This document shows, piece after piece, positions 1 through 8,774 of a stretch of DNA of 64,000 nt. A program made the translations under genes and the position numbers. A model generated the notes under the pieces. The model was given only the letters and a program-made list of their open reading frames with translations, was not told the DNA's origin and did not search any database. The first letter of the stretch is position 1. Every line of letters begins with the position of its first letter. The DNA comes from an uncultured Gemmatimonadales bacterium. GTDB taxonomy: Bacteria > Gemmatimonadota > Gemmatimonadetes > Gemmatimonadales > GWC2-71-9. The stretch covers positions 15,518 through 79,517 of the forward strand of contig CAWCVB010000015.1 in the NCBI GenBank assembly GCA_963798915.1. The letters are read 5' to 3'.

Positions 1-354
1 GACAGCGCCCTGACCGTTGCGTCCTTCCTGCAGAACGCCGCCACCTTTCCATCGACCGTGCAGGCGGACCTTTCCGCTGAGGGCTACGCCACATATTACG
101 ACGGCACCTCCACGTATCTCGCCAATAGTGGCGACTTTGCCGTCACCAGCACCGCGTTCGGTTCAACCCAGGACTGTCCCAACATCGAGCCGGGCTCGGG
201 CATCAATGCCTGCCGTTTCGCCGTCGGCACCATGACTGGCAGCTTTGATTTCGAGGCTGAGAATGCCTCGAACGACACCTACACTCGCGGCAATACCTCA
301 TTCAGCGTTCCCGCGGTGCAGCTTTCGATCACGATCGACGCATCCGCCCAGTAG
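1..354 (+). CDS. 3' part of a hypothetical, probably exported beta-rich protein (start lies outside the window)
   Basis: Frame open from base 1 (DSALTVASFLQNAATFPSTVQADL...) to TAG at 352-354; Ser/Thr/Gly-rich, two Cys; no recognised motif. Confidence 0.6.
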   Translation, partial: DSALTVASFLQNAATFPSTVQADLSAEGYATYYDGTSTYLANSGDFAVTSTAFGSTQDCPNIEPGSGINACRFAVGTMTGSFDFEAENASNDTYTRGNTSFSVPAVQLSITIDASAQ

Positions 355-457
355 CCGGGACCACCGCGCCAGGCGCCGCGCGCAGCAGGAGCTGTCCGCG
401 TCGCCTGCCCGGTCGCTGGGCCTATATTGAGGGCAGATCTCAACCAAACGGGCCACC

Positions 458-952
458 ATGACAAAGCCACTGGTCGGGCTGGTGATGGGGAGCGACTCCG
501 ACTGGGACGTGATGCAGCACGCCGAGCTTCGCTTGCGCGAGTGCGGCGTGGCCTGTGAGCGGCGGATCATCTCGGCGCACCGTACGCCGGACCTGTTGTT
601 CGAATACGCCGCGAGTGCCGCCGACCGGGGGCTCCGCTGCATTATCGCTGGGGCGGGCGGCGCGGCCCATCTACCGGGCATGCTCGCGGCCAAGACCGTG
701 CTCCCGGTGCTCGGCGTTCCCGTGCCCAGCCGGCACCTTCAAGGCCTCGATTCACTGCTCTCCATCGTTCAGATGCCTTCGGGTGTGCCCGTCGCAACTT
801 TTGCGATCGGAACGGCCGGTGCGGCCAATGCCGGATTGTTCGCCGCCGCCATCCTGGCCACGACCGATGAGGCCCTCCGCACCAGATTGCAGCAACTCCG
901 TGCCGCGCAGACGGACCGGGTGCTGGGGCTCTCTCTCCCCGATCCCGGATGA
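458..952 (+). CDS. purE: N5-carboxyaminoimidazole ribonucleotide mutase
   Basis: [25 protein letters not shown] and [13 protein letters not shown] motifs; coupled to purK. Confidence 0.97.
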   Translation: MTKPLVGLVMGSDSDWDVMQHAELRLRECGVACERRIISAHRTPDLLFEYAASAADRGLRCIIAGAGGAAHLPGMLAAKTVLPVLGVPVPSRHLQGLDSLLSIVQMPSGVPVATFAIGTAGAANAGLFAAAILATTDEALRTRLQQLRAAQTDRVLGLSLPDPG

Positions 953-2088
953 TTCTACCGACCGCCACCGTGGGCGTTCTCGGCGGCGGCCAGCTCGGGC
1001 GCATGTTTGTCTTTCGGGCTCACGAGATGGGTTACCGGACGGTCGTTCTGGACCCGGACCCGGTAAGCCCGGCCGGCACCGTTGCCGGCGAGCATCTCTG
1101 CGCTTCGTACGACGACGAAGCTGCACTCCGGAGCCTGGCCAAGCGCTGCCGCGCGGTCACGACCGAATTCGAGAACGTTCCAGCCGGGGCACTGGCCCTG
1201 CTCGCCGAGCTGACGGGCGTGAGCCCGTCCGCAGTCGCAGTGGCAATTGCGCAGGATCGCATCCTCGAGAAGACCCACTTTGCTGATGCCGGCTTCCCGA
1301 CGGCCGCGTTCCTTCCGGTTCGCACCAGCGCGGACGCCAATTCCGCGTTTCAGCGTCTGGGCCGCTCGGCGCTCCTGAAGACCAGCCGGCTGGGATACGA
1401 CGGAAAAGGTCAGGCGCAGGTCGAGTCTGCCAAGGAATGCATGGCTGCCTTCGCGCTGTTTGGGGGCGTGGAATGCATCCTGGAGGAACGGCTTGACCTC
1501 GAATGCGAACTGTCGGTGATCCTGGCTCGGGGCAGCGACGGGGAGACGGCGGTGTATCCAGCTGGCGAGAACGTTCATCGCGGCGGCATCCTGCACACCA
1601 CGGTCGTCCCCGCTCGCGTCGCGCCCCCGCTCTCGGCGGATGCCGCCGGGTTGGCCGTGCGCGCGGCCGAGTCGCTGGATTATGTGGGGGTGATGGGGTT
1701 GGAGCTGTTCGTAGCCGATGGGGGGCGGCTCTACCTGAACGAGATGGCGCCTCGGCCACACAACAGTGGTCACTACACCATTGATGCGGCCGCTACGGAC
1801 CAGTTCGAGCAGCAATTGCGGGCCATGTGCCAACTCCCGCTCGGTTCGACCCGGCTCCTGTCTCCGGTCGCGATGGTGAACCTCCTGGGCGACCTCTGGA
1901 CCGACGGCGAGCCCAAGTGGGGCGGCGCATTGGCCGTTCCAGGCGTGCGGCTTCATCTGTATGGCAAGGCCGAGCCCCGCATGGGCCGGAAGATGGGTCA
2001 CCTCACCTGCGTATCGGAGTCACCCGACGCGGCGCTCAAGGGTGTGCTCGAGGCCTACAACAGGCTGGATGGCGCGGCGCTCACCTGA
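949..2088 (+). CDS. purK: N5-carboxyaminoimidazole ribonucleotide synthase
   Basis: [27 protein letters not shown] and [13 protein letters not shown] motifs; ATGA overlap with purE. Confidence 0.97.
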   Translation: MILPTATVGVLGGGQLGRMFVFRAHEMGYRTVVLDPDPVSPAGTVAGEHLCASYDDEAALRSLAKRCRAVTTEFENVPAGALALLAELTGVSPSAVAVAIAQDRILEKTHFADAGFPTAAFLPVRTSADANSAFQRLGRSALLKTSRLGYDGKGQAQVESAKECMAAFALFGGVECILEERLDLECELSVILARGSDGETAVYPAGENVHRGGILHTTVVPARVAPPLSADAAGLAVRAAESLDYVGVMGLELFVADGGRLYLNEMAPRPHNSGHYTIDAAATDQFEQQLRAMCQLPLGSTRLLSPVAMVNLLGDLWTDGEPKWGGALAVPGVRLHLYGKAEPRMGRKMGHLTCVSESPDAALKGVLEAYNRLDGAALT

Positions 2089-2171
2089 GGTGAAGCAGGC
2101 TCATGCTTCAGGCCATGATTAGGTACAGGTCACGTAACTTGTGATGTCACAAAAGACTGCTGTGACAATAG

Positions 2172-2606
2172 TTACACGTCACCTGCATTATGTTCATCCC
2201 GGGGTTCTGCCGTAATCTCCTCGCGGCTCCCGCCGCTCCGCCGCCGGGCCAGGGCACTCGAACGCCAGGTCCGGAGCTCCGCCGCCAGCCCTCCACCGAA
2301 GGCGCCGAGCAGCAGTGGCCCCAGATTGAGCAGCGAGAGCGCGGCAGCACCGAGGCCCGCCAGCACGCCCCAGAAGGCGTCGGTCAGGTAGGTCACCCCG
2401 GCAAATGTCATGATGAAGAGCAGCACGGCTGGGAGGAACACCGCCGCGAAGGCGCGGCCCACGGAGCCCGCCTTCCAGCCACCCACCAGTCCGGCAACCA
2501 GAGGGCCGGCGACTGGAATCCAGAAGAGCAGCATGGAGAGCCCGCCCATCCAGTTCATGGCGCTTATGAGCTGACGGCGGCGCGAGGGATTCACGGGAGA
2601 AGTCAC
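2172..2606 (-). CDS. Small hydrophobic membrane protein, unknown function (start uncertain: GTG 2606 or ATG 2558)
   Basis: Three to four Gly/Leu-rich hydrophobic segments (LLFWIPVAGPLVAGLVGG...). The ORF-track extension to 2777 overlaps tmRNA and is rejected. Confidence 0.7.
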   Translation of the reverse strand: MTSPVNPSRRRQLISAMNWMGGLSMLLFWIPVAGPLVAGLVGGWKAGSVGRAFAAVFLPAVLLFIMTFAGVTYLTDAFWGVLAGLGAAALSLLNLGPLLLGAFGGGLAAELRTWRSSALARRRSGGSREEITAEPRDEHNAGDV

Positions 2607-2661
2607 AAGTCGCGGGTCTCGAGTCGCGGGTCTCATGACCCGCAGCCCGGGACTCGCGACC
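2602..2661. repeat. Inverted heptamer repeat forming a hairpin just downstream of the tmRNA 3' end
   Basis: GTCACAA GTCGCGG GTCTCGA GTCGCGG GTC, then the inverted arm 2637-2661; 19 of 25 positions pair, all mismatches are transitions. Confidence 0.7.
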
Positions 2662-2662
2662 A

Positions 2663-3022
2663 TGGAGGCGCAGGGAATCGAACCCTGGTCCGAATCGGCA
2701 TCCAAAACAGCGCCTACGTGCGTAGACCGGATTTCCTGCCGTCGTCGCTGTCCGGTAGCCGGACCACCGTGCAGCAATCTATCTCTTGGATCTCACACCG
2801 TCCGTCAGAGTTCCAGACGATGCCAGCCCGGATTTGCGATCCGATGGCAGCGCCCCAGGCGGGCTCTGCTCAACGGAGGTGCGTAAAGCGAGACTAGCTC
2901 AGCTTACGCAGCCAGTGCCATTTCTGAGTTGGCAGTTGAAACGTTCCAAGCGGTTTTACCAGGAACCTGGACCTGGGCACGCAGCCATTTCTTCACCCGA
3001 CCCGTCGAAGCCAGTCGCCCCC
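2663..3022 (-). ncRNA. ssrA: tmRNA; tag peptide (A)ANSEMALAA* at 2933-2904
   Basis: 5' GGGGGCG pairs with 3' CGCCTCC-A (G3.U alanine identity); T-arm CCAGGGTTCGATTCCCTG; resume context TTCAACT-GCC; tag ends LAA-TAA; 360 nt. Confidence 0.95.
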
Positions 3023-3034
3023 GGATCAAGAGGA

Positions 3035-3040
3035 AATATA
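3035..3040 (-). promoter_or_regulatory. Probable -10 box of ssrA
   Basis: TATATT 12 nt upstream of the mature 5' end, in an otherwise GC-rich context. Confidence 0.5.
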
Positions 3041-3070
3041 ACCAGCAAGGAATAGGCCGGGAAGGAGCGG

Positions 3071-3102
3071 CGAGACGGCGAGACGGCGAGACGGCGAGAC
3101 GG
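3071..3102. repeat. Perfect octamer tandem repeat (CGAGACGG)x4
   Basis: Read directly from the sequence. Confidence 0.9.
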
Positions 3103-3203
3103 CTTGCGAAGCTCGCCCGTGCCGTCACCCCGGTGCCAACCGGGGTCCATGAGGGATCGGGATCCCGGCGTGGCGGCTCATTCGGGTGAGCCCTCATGGA
3201 TTC

Positions 3204-4242
3204 CCTAGATTCACAAACGAAGTGCAACACCTTGGGGGTGAGGTGTTGCCATGGGCGCTCATTACACGCAGTTCACCCTCGAGGAGCGGTGCACCCTGGC
3301 CCGTCTGCAGGCCGCCGGGCGCTCGCTCCGCCAAATCGCAGCAGCTCTGGGTCGCGCGCCATCGAGCGTGGCTCGGGAAGTGAGGCGCAATATGGGCCGC
3401 CAGGTCGGCTATGCCCCCGCGTACGCCGAGCAGCAAGCCCGGGCCCGGCGCTGGCACGGCTTGCGCCTGGAGCGCGATCCGGCCCTCCAGGACGACGTGC
3501 TGGAGCGCCTGAAGGCCGGCTGGTCGCCGGCCCAGGTCGTGGGGCGGCTTGCCCGCGAGGCGGGCCATGCGGTGCTCAGTCACGAGACGATCTACCGCTT
3601 CGTGTATGCCCAGATCCGCCGCACCAACGACTACACCTGGCGGCACTACTTGCCCCGCGGCCAAGAGTCGCCGCGGCTGGCGCGGGCGCAAGGGGGGCTC
3701 GCCGGCCGAGCACATCCAGGGCCGGGTGGGCATCGCTGAGCGCCCGGCCGCGGTCGCCACCCGCAGCGAGGCGGGCCACTGGGAGGCGGATCTCATGCTT
3801 TTTGCCCGCTACGGCCAAGCCGTGTTGACGATCCACGAGCGCCAGTCGCGCTTCCTCTGGCTGCACCGGCAACCGAGCAAGGCGGCCGCCCCCGTGGCGC
3901 AGGCGCTGCGCGGCTTTTTCGGGTCCCTGCCGCCGAGCCTGCGGCAGAGCGTGACCTTTGACAACGGCACCGAATTCGCCCAGCACCGGCAGCTCCACTC
4001 CCTGGCCATGCGGACCTATTTCTGTGATCCGCATGCCCCATGGCAGAAGGGTGGCATCGAGAACGCCATCGGCCGGCTGCGGCGCACCCTGCCGCGCAAG
4101 ACCGACCTCGCCACGCTGACCGCGGCGGCGCTGGACCGGCTGGTCCTGCGGCTACAATCACACGCCACGCGCCTGCCTCGACTTTCAGACCCCCGCCGAG
4201 GTCTTTGGCGCTCAGCTGTTGCACTTCAACTGTGAGTCCACC
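3204..4242 (+). mobile_element. IS30-family insertion sequence (~1039 bp) with probable 3-bp target duplication TTC
   Basis: Terminal IRs TAGATTCACAAACGAAGTGCAACA (3206-3229) and TGTTGCACTTCAACTGTGAGTCCA (4217-4240), 19/24 identical; TTC at 3201-3203 and 4243-4245. Confidence 0.9.
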
Positions 4243-4263
4243 TTCCTGCTTTCGCAGGAATGA
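3251..4263 (+). pseudogene. IS30-family DDE transposase with two +1 frameshifts (~3660 and ~4151); possibly sequencing errors
   Basis: N-terminal HTH (SLRQIAAALGRAPSSVAREVRRN), SHETIY, GHWEADL, TFDNGTEF, YFCDPHAPWQKGGIEN; the corrected C-terminus reads YNHTPRACLDFQTPAEVF. Confidence 0.9.
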
Positions 4264-4316
4264 CGTGGCTCGGATTCAGAACACACGGCTGACGACCGGC
4301 GATCGACGACCCTCCC

Positions 4317-5735
4317 TTACCGCACCCGCTCGGCCACGACCACCCGGTCCCTGCCCTGCTCCTTGGCCTGATACAGGGCCCGATCCGCCTGTGCCGGCAG
4401 GTTGTCGATGGCGCGGCTGGTTTCCGGGCACGCTGCCACACCGAGCGACGCCGAGAGCGCCGGGGTACTGCCCTGCCACTCCCAGGGCCGGGACACCAGT
4501 GCCGCCCGGATGCGTTCGGCAATCACGCGGCCGACCTCCAGCGAAGCGTCGGGCAGCCAGACGACGAACTCCTCGCCGCCGACACGCGCCACCGTGTCCA
4601 TGCTGCGCACCTGATCGCGCAGCAGGGCTGCGAGGTGCACCAGGGCAGAGTCCCCGGCCGCGTGCCCCAGGCGGTCGTTGATCTTCTTGAAGTGGTCCAG
4701 GTCAATGGCGATGACCGCGCCACCCGCCAGCTTGGCCCGATGCATGGCGCGCTGCAACTCGGCGCGGTTACCGAGCCCGGTAAGCGGGTCGCTGAAGGCG
4801 CCCCGCTCGCTGATCTCATGCTCCTGGGCAATGTCGAGTCGTGTCCCTGCTTCCCGAATCGATTCCCGGATTTCGGCCAGGCGGCCGCCGATAGGTTCCA
4901 CCCCTCCGGGCAACCAAAGTGCCACGGCCCCGCAGACTCGCTGTGCGCGGCCGATGATTGGCTCCAGCTGGACCAGGACCGGCCGCTGGCGCCGATCCGT
5001 TGTCGTGCCGCCCAGTGGATCGCCGCGAACGGTCATGCCGTCCATGGTGCCGCGGAGGACCTTGTCCAGATCACAGTCGGGCGGAATGATTTTGTTCAGC
5101 AGCCGCCGGTCTCCGTGTCCCGACACGCCGACAATCCGGGCTCCGTCCGGATCTGCCGACGCGACAATCACGGCGCCATTGGTGGTCCGTTCGAGCTGGT
5201 AGGCAAGCCGAAGCCCAACACTGCCCACCGACTCGATGGCTATTCGATCGGGGCGGGCCTGCGCGAATTCGACCACCTCCGGGCGCCGCTTGAGCCCCTC
5301 CAGGAGACGATCGAGATCCTCCGTAACCTCGGGACTCGGGGTTGCGCCGGCCGGCACCAGCAACGCGACGGCGAAGCGGTTGCTGCTGCGGATCACGAGT
5401 GTGCCGGCCTGCAGCCGCTCGACGCCGCTACGCTCACTGTCGCGAGCGGCCTCGACCCGGCGGTCCAGGGCCACGACGACATCGACGGCCAGGCGGTCCG
5501 CGTCGATCACGCGTTCGATGATCGGTTCGTCATCACCGACGGCTCGCTCGGACAGCCAGACGCCCAGGGCAGTGTGGGCCCGGAGCAGCCAGCGAAGGGC
5601 GGGCTCCGGCAGCAGTTCCGGGCCGGCCGTGGCCCGCGTGGCCAGTCCGGTGTGCGTGGCTGCACGTCCGAATCGCCGGTGCGCAAACCACCCAGCGAGG
5701 AGGCCGACCAGGAGCGTCAGGAGAAAGGGTGTCAC
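4317..5735 (-). CDS. Membrane-anchored diguanylate cyclase (GGDEF domain)
   Basis: N-terminal TM segment; DPLTGLGNR, DLDHFKKIND..GHAAGD, RxxD I-site (RSMD), intact GGEEF, ADRALYQAKEQGRD. Confidence 0.93.
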   Translation of the reverse strand: MTPFLLTLLVGLLAGWFAHRRFGRAATHTGLATRATAGPELLPEPALRWLLRAHTALGVWLSERAVGDDEPIIERVIDADRLAVDVVVALDRRVEAARDSERSGVERLQAGTLVIRSSNRFAVALLVPAGATPSPEVTEDLDRLLEGLKRRPEVVEFAQARPDRIAIESVGSVGLRLAYQLERTTNGAVIVASADPDGARIVGVSGHGDRRLLNKIIPPDCDLDKVLRGTMDGMTVRGDPLGGTTTDRRQRPVLVQLEPIIGRAQRVCGAVALWLPGGVEPIGGRLAEIRESIREAGTRLDIAQEHEISERGAFSDPLTGLGNRAELQRAMHRAKLAGGAVIAIDLDHFKKINDRLGHAAGDSALVHLAALLRDQVRSMDTVARVGGEEFVVWLPDASLEVGRVIAERIRAALVSRPWEWQGSTPALSASLGVAACPETSRAIDNLPAQADRALYQAKEQGRDRVVVAERVR

Positions 5736-6478
5736 GCCGAGAGGATGCGGCTGGCCGCGACGGCGGCGCCGAAGCCATTGTCAATGTTGACCACGGTCAC
5801 GCCGGAGGCGCAGGAATTCAGCATGCCGAGCAATGCCGCCACGCCACCGAAGGACGCGCCGTATCCCACGCTCGTCGGCACCGCGATCACCGGCTGCGGC
5901 AGCAGTCCGCCGACCACGCTTGGCAGCGCGCCTTCCATGCCAGCCACAACAATCACCACATCCGCGGCGCGCAACCGCTTCTCCTCGGCGAAGAGCCGAT
6001 GCAGCCCGGCGACACCAACATCCACCAGGCGCTCCACTCCATGCCCGAACGCCTCGGCCACGGCCGCCGCCTCTTCCGCCACTGGCAGGTCGCTGGTGCC
6101 GGCACACACGACGGCGATGCTGCCGATCCGCTCGGCCGGCGCGTGGGCCTCAAGATACGCCACACGCCCGGCTTCGTTCCATTGGAGCGTGGGATACTGC
6201 TGTCCCAGGAGCGAGCGCTGCTCCGCCGTCACGCGGGTTGCGAGAAAGCCCCCGGTGGCATGCTCGAGCCGTTGACAGATGGCGAGGACCTGCCCGGCGG
6301 TCTTGGCGTGGCAGAATACGACTTCCGGCCGACCCTGGCGGAGCGCCCGATGATGGTCAATGGTGGCGAAGGGAAGCTGTTCAGAGGGGAAATAACGTAG
6401 CTGTTCGAGTGCAGCCGACACACCTAGCTGCCCGGAGGCCACTGCGGCAAGCAGCTCGGACAGCGCCGATGGCGTCAC
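5732..6478 (-). CDS. larB: LarB-family NaAD carboxylase/hydrolase (nickel-pincer cofactor biosynthesis)
   Basis: DHHRALRQGRPEVV, AGTSDLPVAEEA, DVGVAGLHRL, VAGMEGALPSVVGGL, PTSVGYGA, NIDNGFGAA; GTG start overlaps the dusB stop. Confidence 0.9.
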   Translation of the reverse strand: MTPSALSELLAAVASGQLGVSAALEQLRYFPSEQLPFATIDHHRALRQGRPEVVFCHAKTAGQVLAICQRLEHATGGFLATRVTAEQRSLLGQQYPTLQWNEAGRVAYLEAHAPAERIGSIAVVCAGTSDLPVAEEAAAVAEAFGHGVERLVDVGVAGLHRLFAEEKRLRAADVVIVVAGMEGALPSVVGGLLPQPVIAVPTSVGYGASFGGVAALLGMLNSCASGVTVVNIDNGFGAAVAASRILSA

Positions 6479-7470
6479 GCCACGCGCTGGACCGCCAGCA
6501 AGTCGCGATCCAGGTAGGCGTGGAAGATCTGCTCGGCCTCGGACATGCATTCCACCTGGAAGAGGCGCTGGCGCAGCTCACTCGCCGCATGCAGTCCGCG
6601 AGTGTACCAGCCAAGATGCTTCCGGAACTCGATGACGGTCTTCCGTGAATCACCCTGCAGCCGAAGTGCGAGCTGCGCATGGCGGAGTGCCACCCGGAAC
6701 CGCTCGCGCGCATCCGGCGCTGGTGGGGCTGCCTTGCCGGCCAGCAAGGCCTGCGCATCGCGGAATATCCACGGATTGCCGAAGGCGCCCCGGCCCACCA
6801 TGACCCCCGCACATCCCGTATGCTGCCGCATCCGCACTACATCCTCTGCCGTCTGGATATCACCATTCCCGATCACGGGAATGTCGAGCGCCTCGACGAC
6901 GCGTGCGATCTCGTCCCAGTCAGCGTGACCCGAGAACATCTGGGTTCGCGTCCTCGCATGGAGCGTGAACGCGCGCGCGCCGGCATCCTGCATCAGCAGC
7001 GCGATCTCAACCGGCGTACGCGCCTCCTCATTCCAGCCGGAGCGGGTCTTGACGGTAACCGGAAGGTGCGTCGCGCCGATGACCGCCCGGATAATCCGAC
7101 GCACCAGGCCGAGGTCCTTGAGGCATCCGGATCCGCCATTGCGCCTGACGACTTTCTTGACGGGGCAGCCGAAATTGATGTCGATGAATTCTGGCGCGTA
7201 GTGCTCCGTTATGAGCGCAGCAGCCTCGGCCATGGCATCAGGATCGGCACCATAGATCTGGATGCCGATGGGGCGCTCACACGCTTCGAATTCGGCGCCT
7301 TCCAGCGTGCTGCGGATGCGGCGGCGGATGGCCTCCGAGGACAGGAACTCCGACAGCACCACGTCCGCCCCCATTTCACGGCAGATCTGCCGGAAGGGTG
7401 CCTCGGAGACGCCCGCCATGGGCGCCAGTGAGAGCGCGAACGGATGCGCGGACGGATAGGGCAAGTGCAT
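6475..7470 (-). CDS. dusB: tRNA-dihydrouridine synthase DusB
   Basis: LAPMAGVS, IDINFGCPVKKV, PVTVKTRSGW, LHARTRTQMFSG, IGNGDI, VMVGRGAFGNPWIF. Confidence 0.93.
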   Translation of the reverse strand: MHLPYPSAHPFALSLAPMAGVSEAPFRQICREMGADVVLSEFLSSEAIRRRIRSTLEGAEFEACERPIGIQIYGADPDAMAEAAALITEHYAPEFIDINFGCPVKKVVRRNGGSGCLKDLGLVRRIIRAVIGATHLPVTVKTRSGWNEEARTPVEIALLMQDAGARAFTLHARTRTQMFSGHADWDEIARVVEALDIPVIGNGDIQTAEDVVRMRQHTGCAGVMVGRGAFGNPWIFRDAQALLAGKAAPPAPDARERFRVALRHAQLALRLQGDSRKTVIEFRKHLGWYTRGLHAASELRQRLFQVECMSEAEQIFHAYLDRDLLAVQRVA

Positions 7471-7621
7471 GGGAGGAAAATAGGTTTGCGCTGGGGCGAC
7501 GGCAATCCGCCGTCGCAGCCCAGTCCGTGCCACCCGCACTGGCGAGATCCGGAACCACGGCGCAGATTGACAATGTCGGACCTCCATTCAAATCCGCTCA
7601 CATCACCTGCAGGAGCCCCTC

Positions 7622-8590
7622 ATGCGCACCGCCCGTGCAGCAGCTGCGATACTGGCGTTCTCCGCCCTCGCCACCGCGTGCGATCAGACCAACCCGACGG
7701 CTGTGGGCCCGGCGTTCAACAAGGCGCCCGTCGCCCCCTTGCCCCATGGCGACGGTGCCGTGAGCCCTGTGCTCGACAGTATCAATCACGCACTGGTCGC
7801 CCGGGACCTGAACGTACAGATAGCGCGCGCCGAATTCGTCCTGGCAAACCGGCCTGGGGATGCGGCCACTGGCCAGGTGATATTTGCCAATGATCGAGCG
7901 AAGCGCCTTACCTCAGGGTGGGTTGGTGGCGATGGCCGGCGTCTCGCGGATGGAGACCGGATCACCTGGCTGGACCTCGATCCCTTCATGGCGGCAAACG
8001 GAGCTGGTGGCCCTGTAGACGCGGGCCCCGCCGTCGATGCTGCCTTCGCGACTTGGGGGAAGCAGACCTGCACCACGCTCGATGTTGCGAAGCGGGCCTG
8101 GGATGGGACTACCAACCCCAGTGCCATCCTGGACCTCGGTATCCCCTCCGACCCCTTCGCTGCGGACATTTCCGTGCTGGGGTATCTGCCCGGGTCGCTG
8201 TTTGACCTTGTCCTCGGCGACGGCGCCGCGGAAAACGTCCTGGGCGTCACTTTCACCTTCGTCTTCGTTGATGGGGATGGACACCCCACCGACATCAATC
8301 ATGACGGTCATGACGACACGGCACTGAAAGAGATCTGGTTCAACAATGAATTCATCTGGACCACGACGGGCCTGGGCGGTGCCATCGACGCGGAGACAGT
8401 CGCCCTGCATGAGAGCGGCCACGCGTTCGAGCTGGGCCACTTCGGAAGGATTTTCGGCACGCTGGGCAACCTCACACTGCATGTTGCCCCCCGTGCGGTC
8501 ATGAATGCCGTCATTCTGGGTACACTTCGCAGTCCGCTCGGCACCGACAACGCCGCGTTCTGTGGCTTCTGGTCCGCATGGCCGAGGTGA
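7622..8590 (+). CDS. Lipoprotein zinc metallopeptidase (metzincin / matrixin-like)
   Basis: AGGAG RBS; lipobox LATA-C; HESGHAFELGH zinc motif; downstream Met-turn-like AVMN. Confidence 0.75.
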   Translation: MRTARAAAAILAFSALATACDQTNPTAVGPAFNKAPVAPLPHGDGAVSPVLDSINHALVARDLNVQIARAEFVLANRPGDAATGQVIFANDRAKRLTSGWVGGDGRRLADGDRITWLDLDPFMAANGAGGPVDAGPAVDAAFATWGKQTCTTLDVAKRAWDGTTNPSAILDLGIPSDPFAADISVLGYLPGSLFDLVLGDGAAENVLGVTFTFVFVDGDGHPTDINHDGHDDTALKEIWFNNEFIWTTTGLGGAIDAETVALHESGHAFELGHFGRIFGTLGNLTLHVAPRAVMNAVILGTLRSPLGTDNAAFCGFWSAWPR

Positions 8591-8774
8591 GCTGAACGTC
8601 GGCCTCGCGCGCTCAAAGCCTCTCTGCGATGCTGCAGGGTGCATCGTGCAACCTGCATGCGGATCGGCGGCATTAGCATCAGAATGGAGAAGCGCGCAGG
8701 GATGGAGGCGATGTGACTCGCGTGATGGGCACGAGGGAGAGCGCCTGATGTCCCGGGCGGAGCGGGAGGCCAGC

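Larger units (their letters stand above)
3123..4265. repeat. CGTC-type REP doublet (REPIN-like) interrupted by IS30
   Basis: Left REP CGTCA-CCCCGG-TGCCAA-CCGGGG; inner inverted repeat TCCATGAGGG (3146-3155) / CCCTCATGGA (3191-3200); the right REP reconstitutes as GGATTCCTGC-TTTC-GCAGGAATGACG once the IS is removed. Confidence 0.75.

Noticed and set aside
2663..2700. Stand-alone tRNA gene
   Set aside because: Only a T-arm and acceptor half; it pairs with the 5' end at 3016-3022 as the tRNA-like domain of tmRNA
2904..3230. 108-aa ORF ending ANSEMALAA, and other ORFs over 2635-3230
   Set aside because: These overlap tmRNA, repeats and the IS end; only the tag reading frame is meaningful
3640..3680. 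Programmed frameshift in the transposase
   Set aside because: IS30 transposases are single ORFs; no slippery motif, and the same error type occurs in rseP and pccB
2600..4300. Prophage or integrative element at tmRNA
   Set aside because: No integrase and no duplicated tmRNA 3' end seen; the IS30 lies upstream of ssrA, inside a REP
5732..6478. Second purE copy
   Set aside because: PurE-like fold, but the motifs (GTSDLPVAEEA, PTSVGYG, NIDNGFGA) are those of LarB
8591..8774. Structured RNA or N-terminal extension upstream of the reductase
   Set aside because: Only short TGCA-rich palindromes and no recognisable riboswitch; the RBS supports the start at 8775
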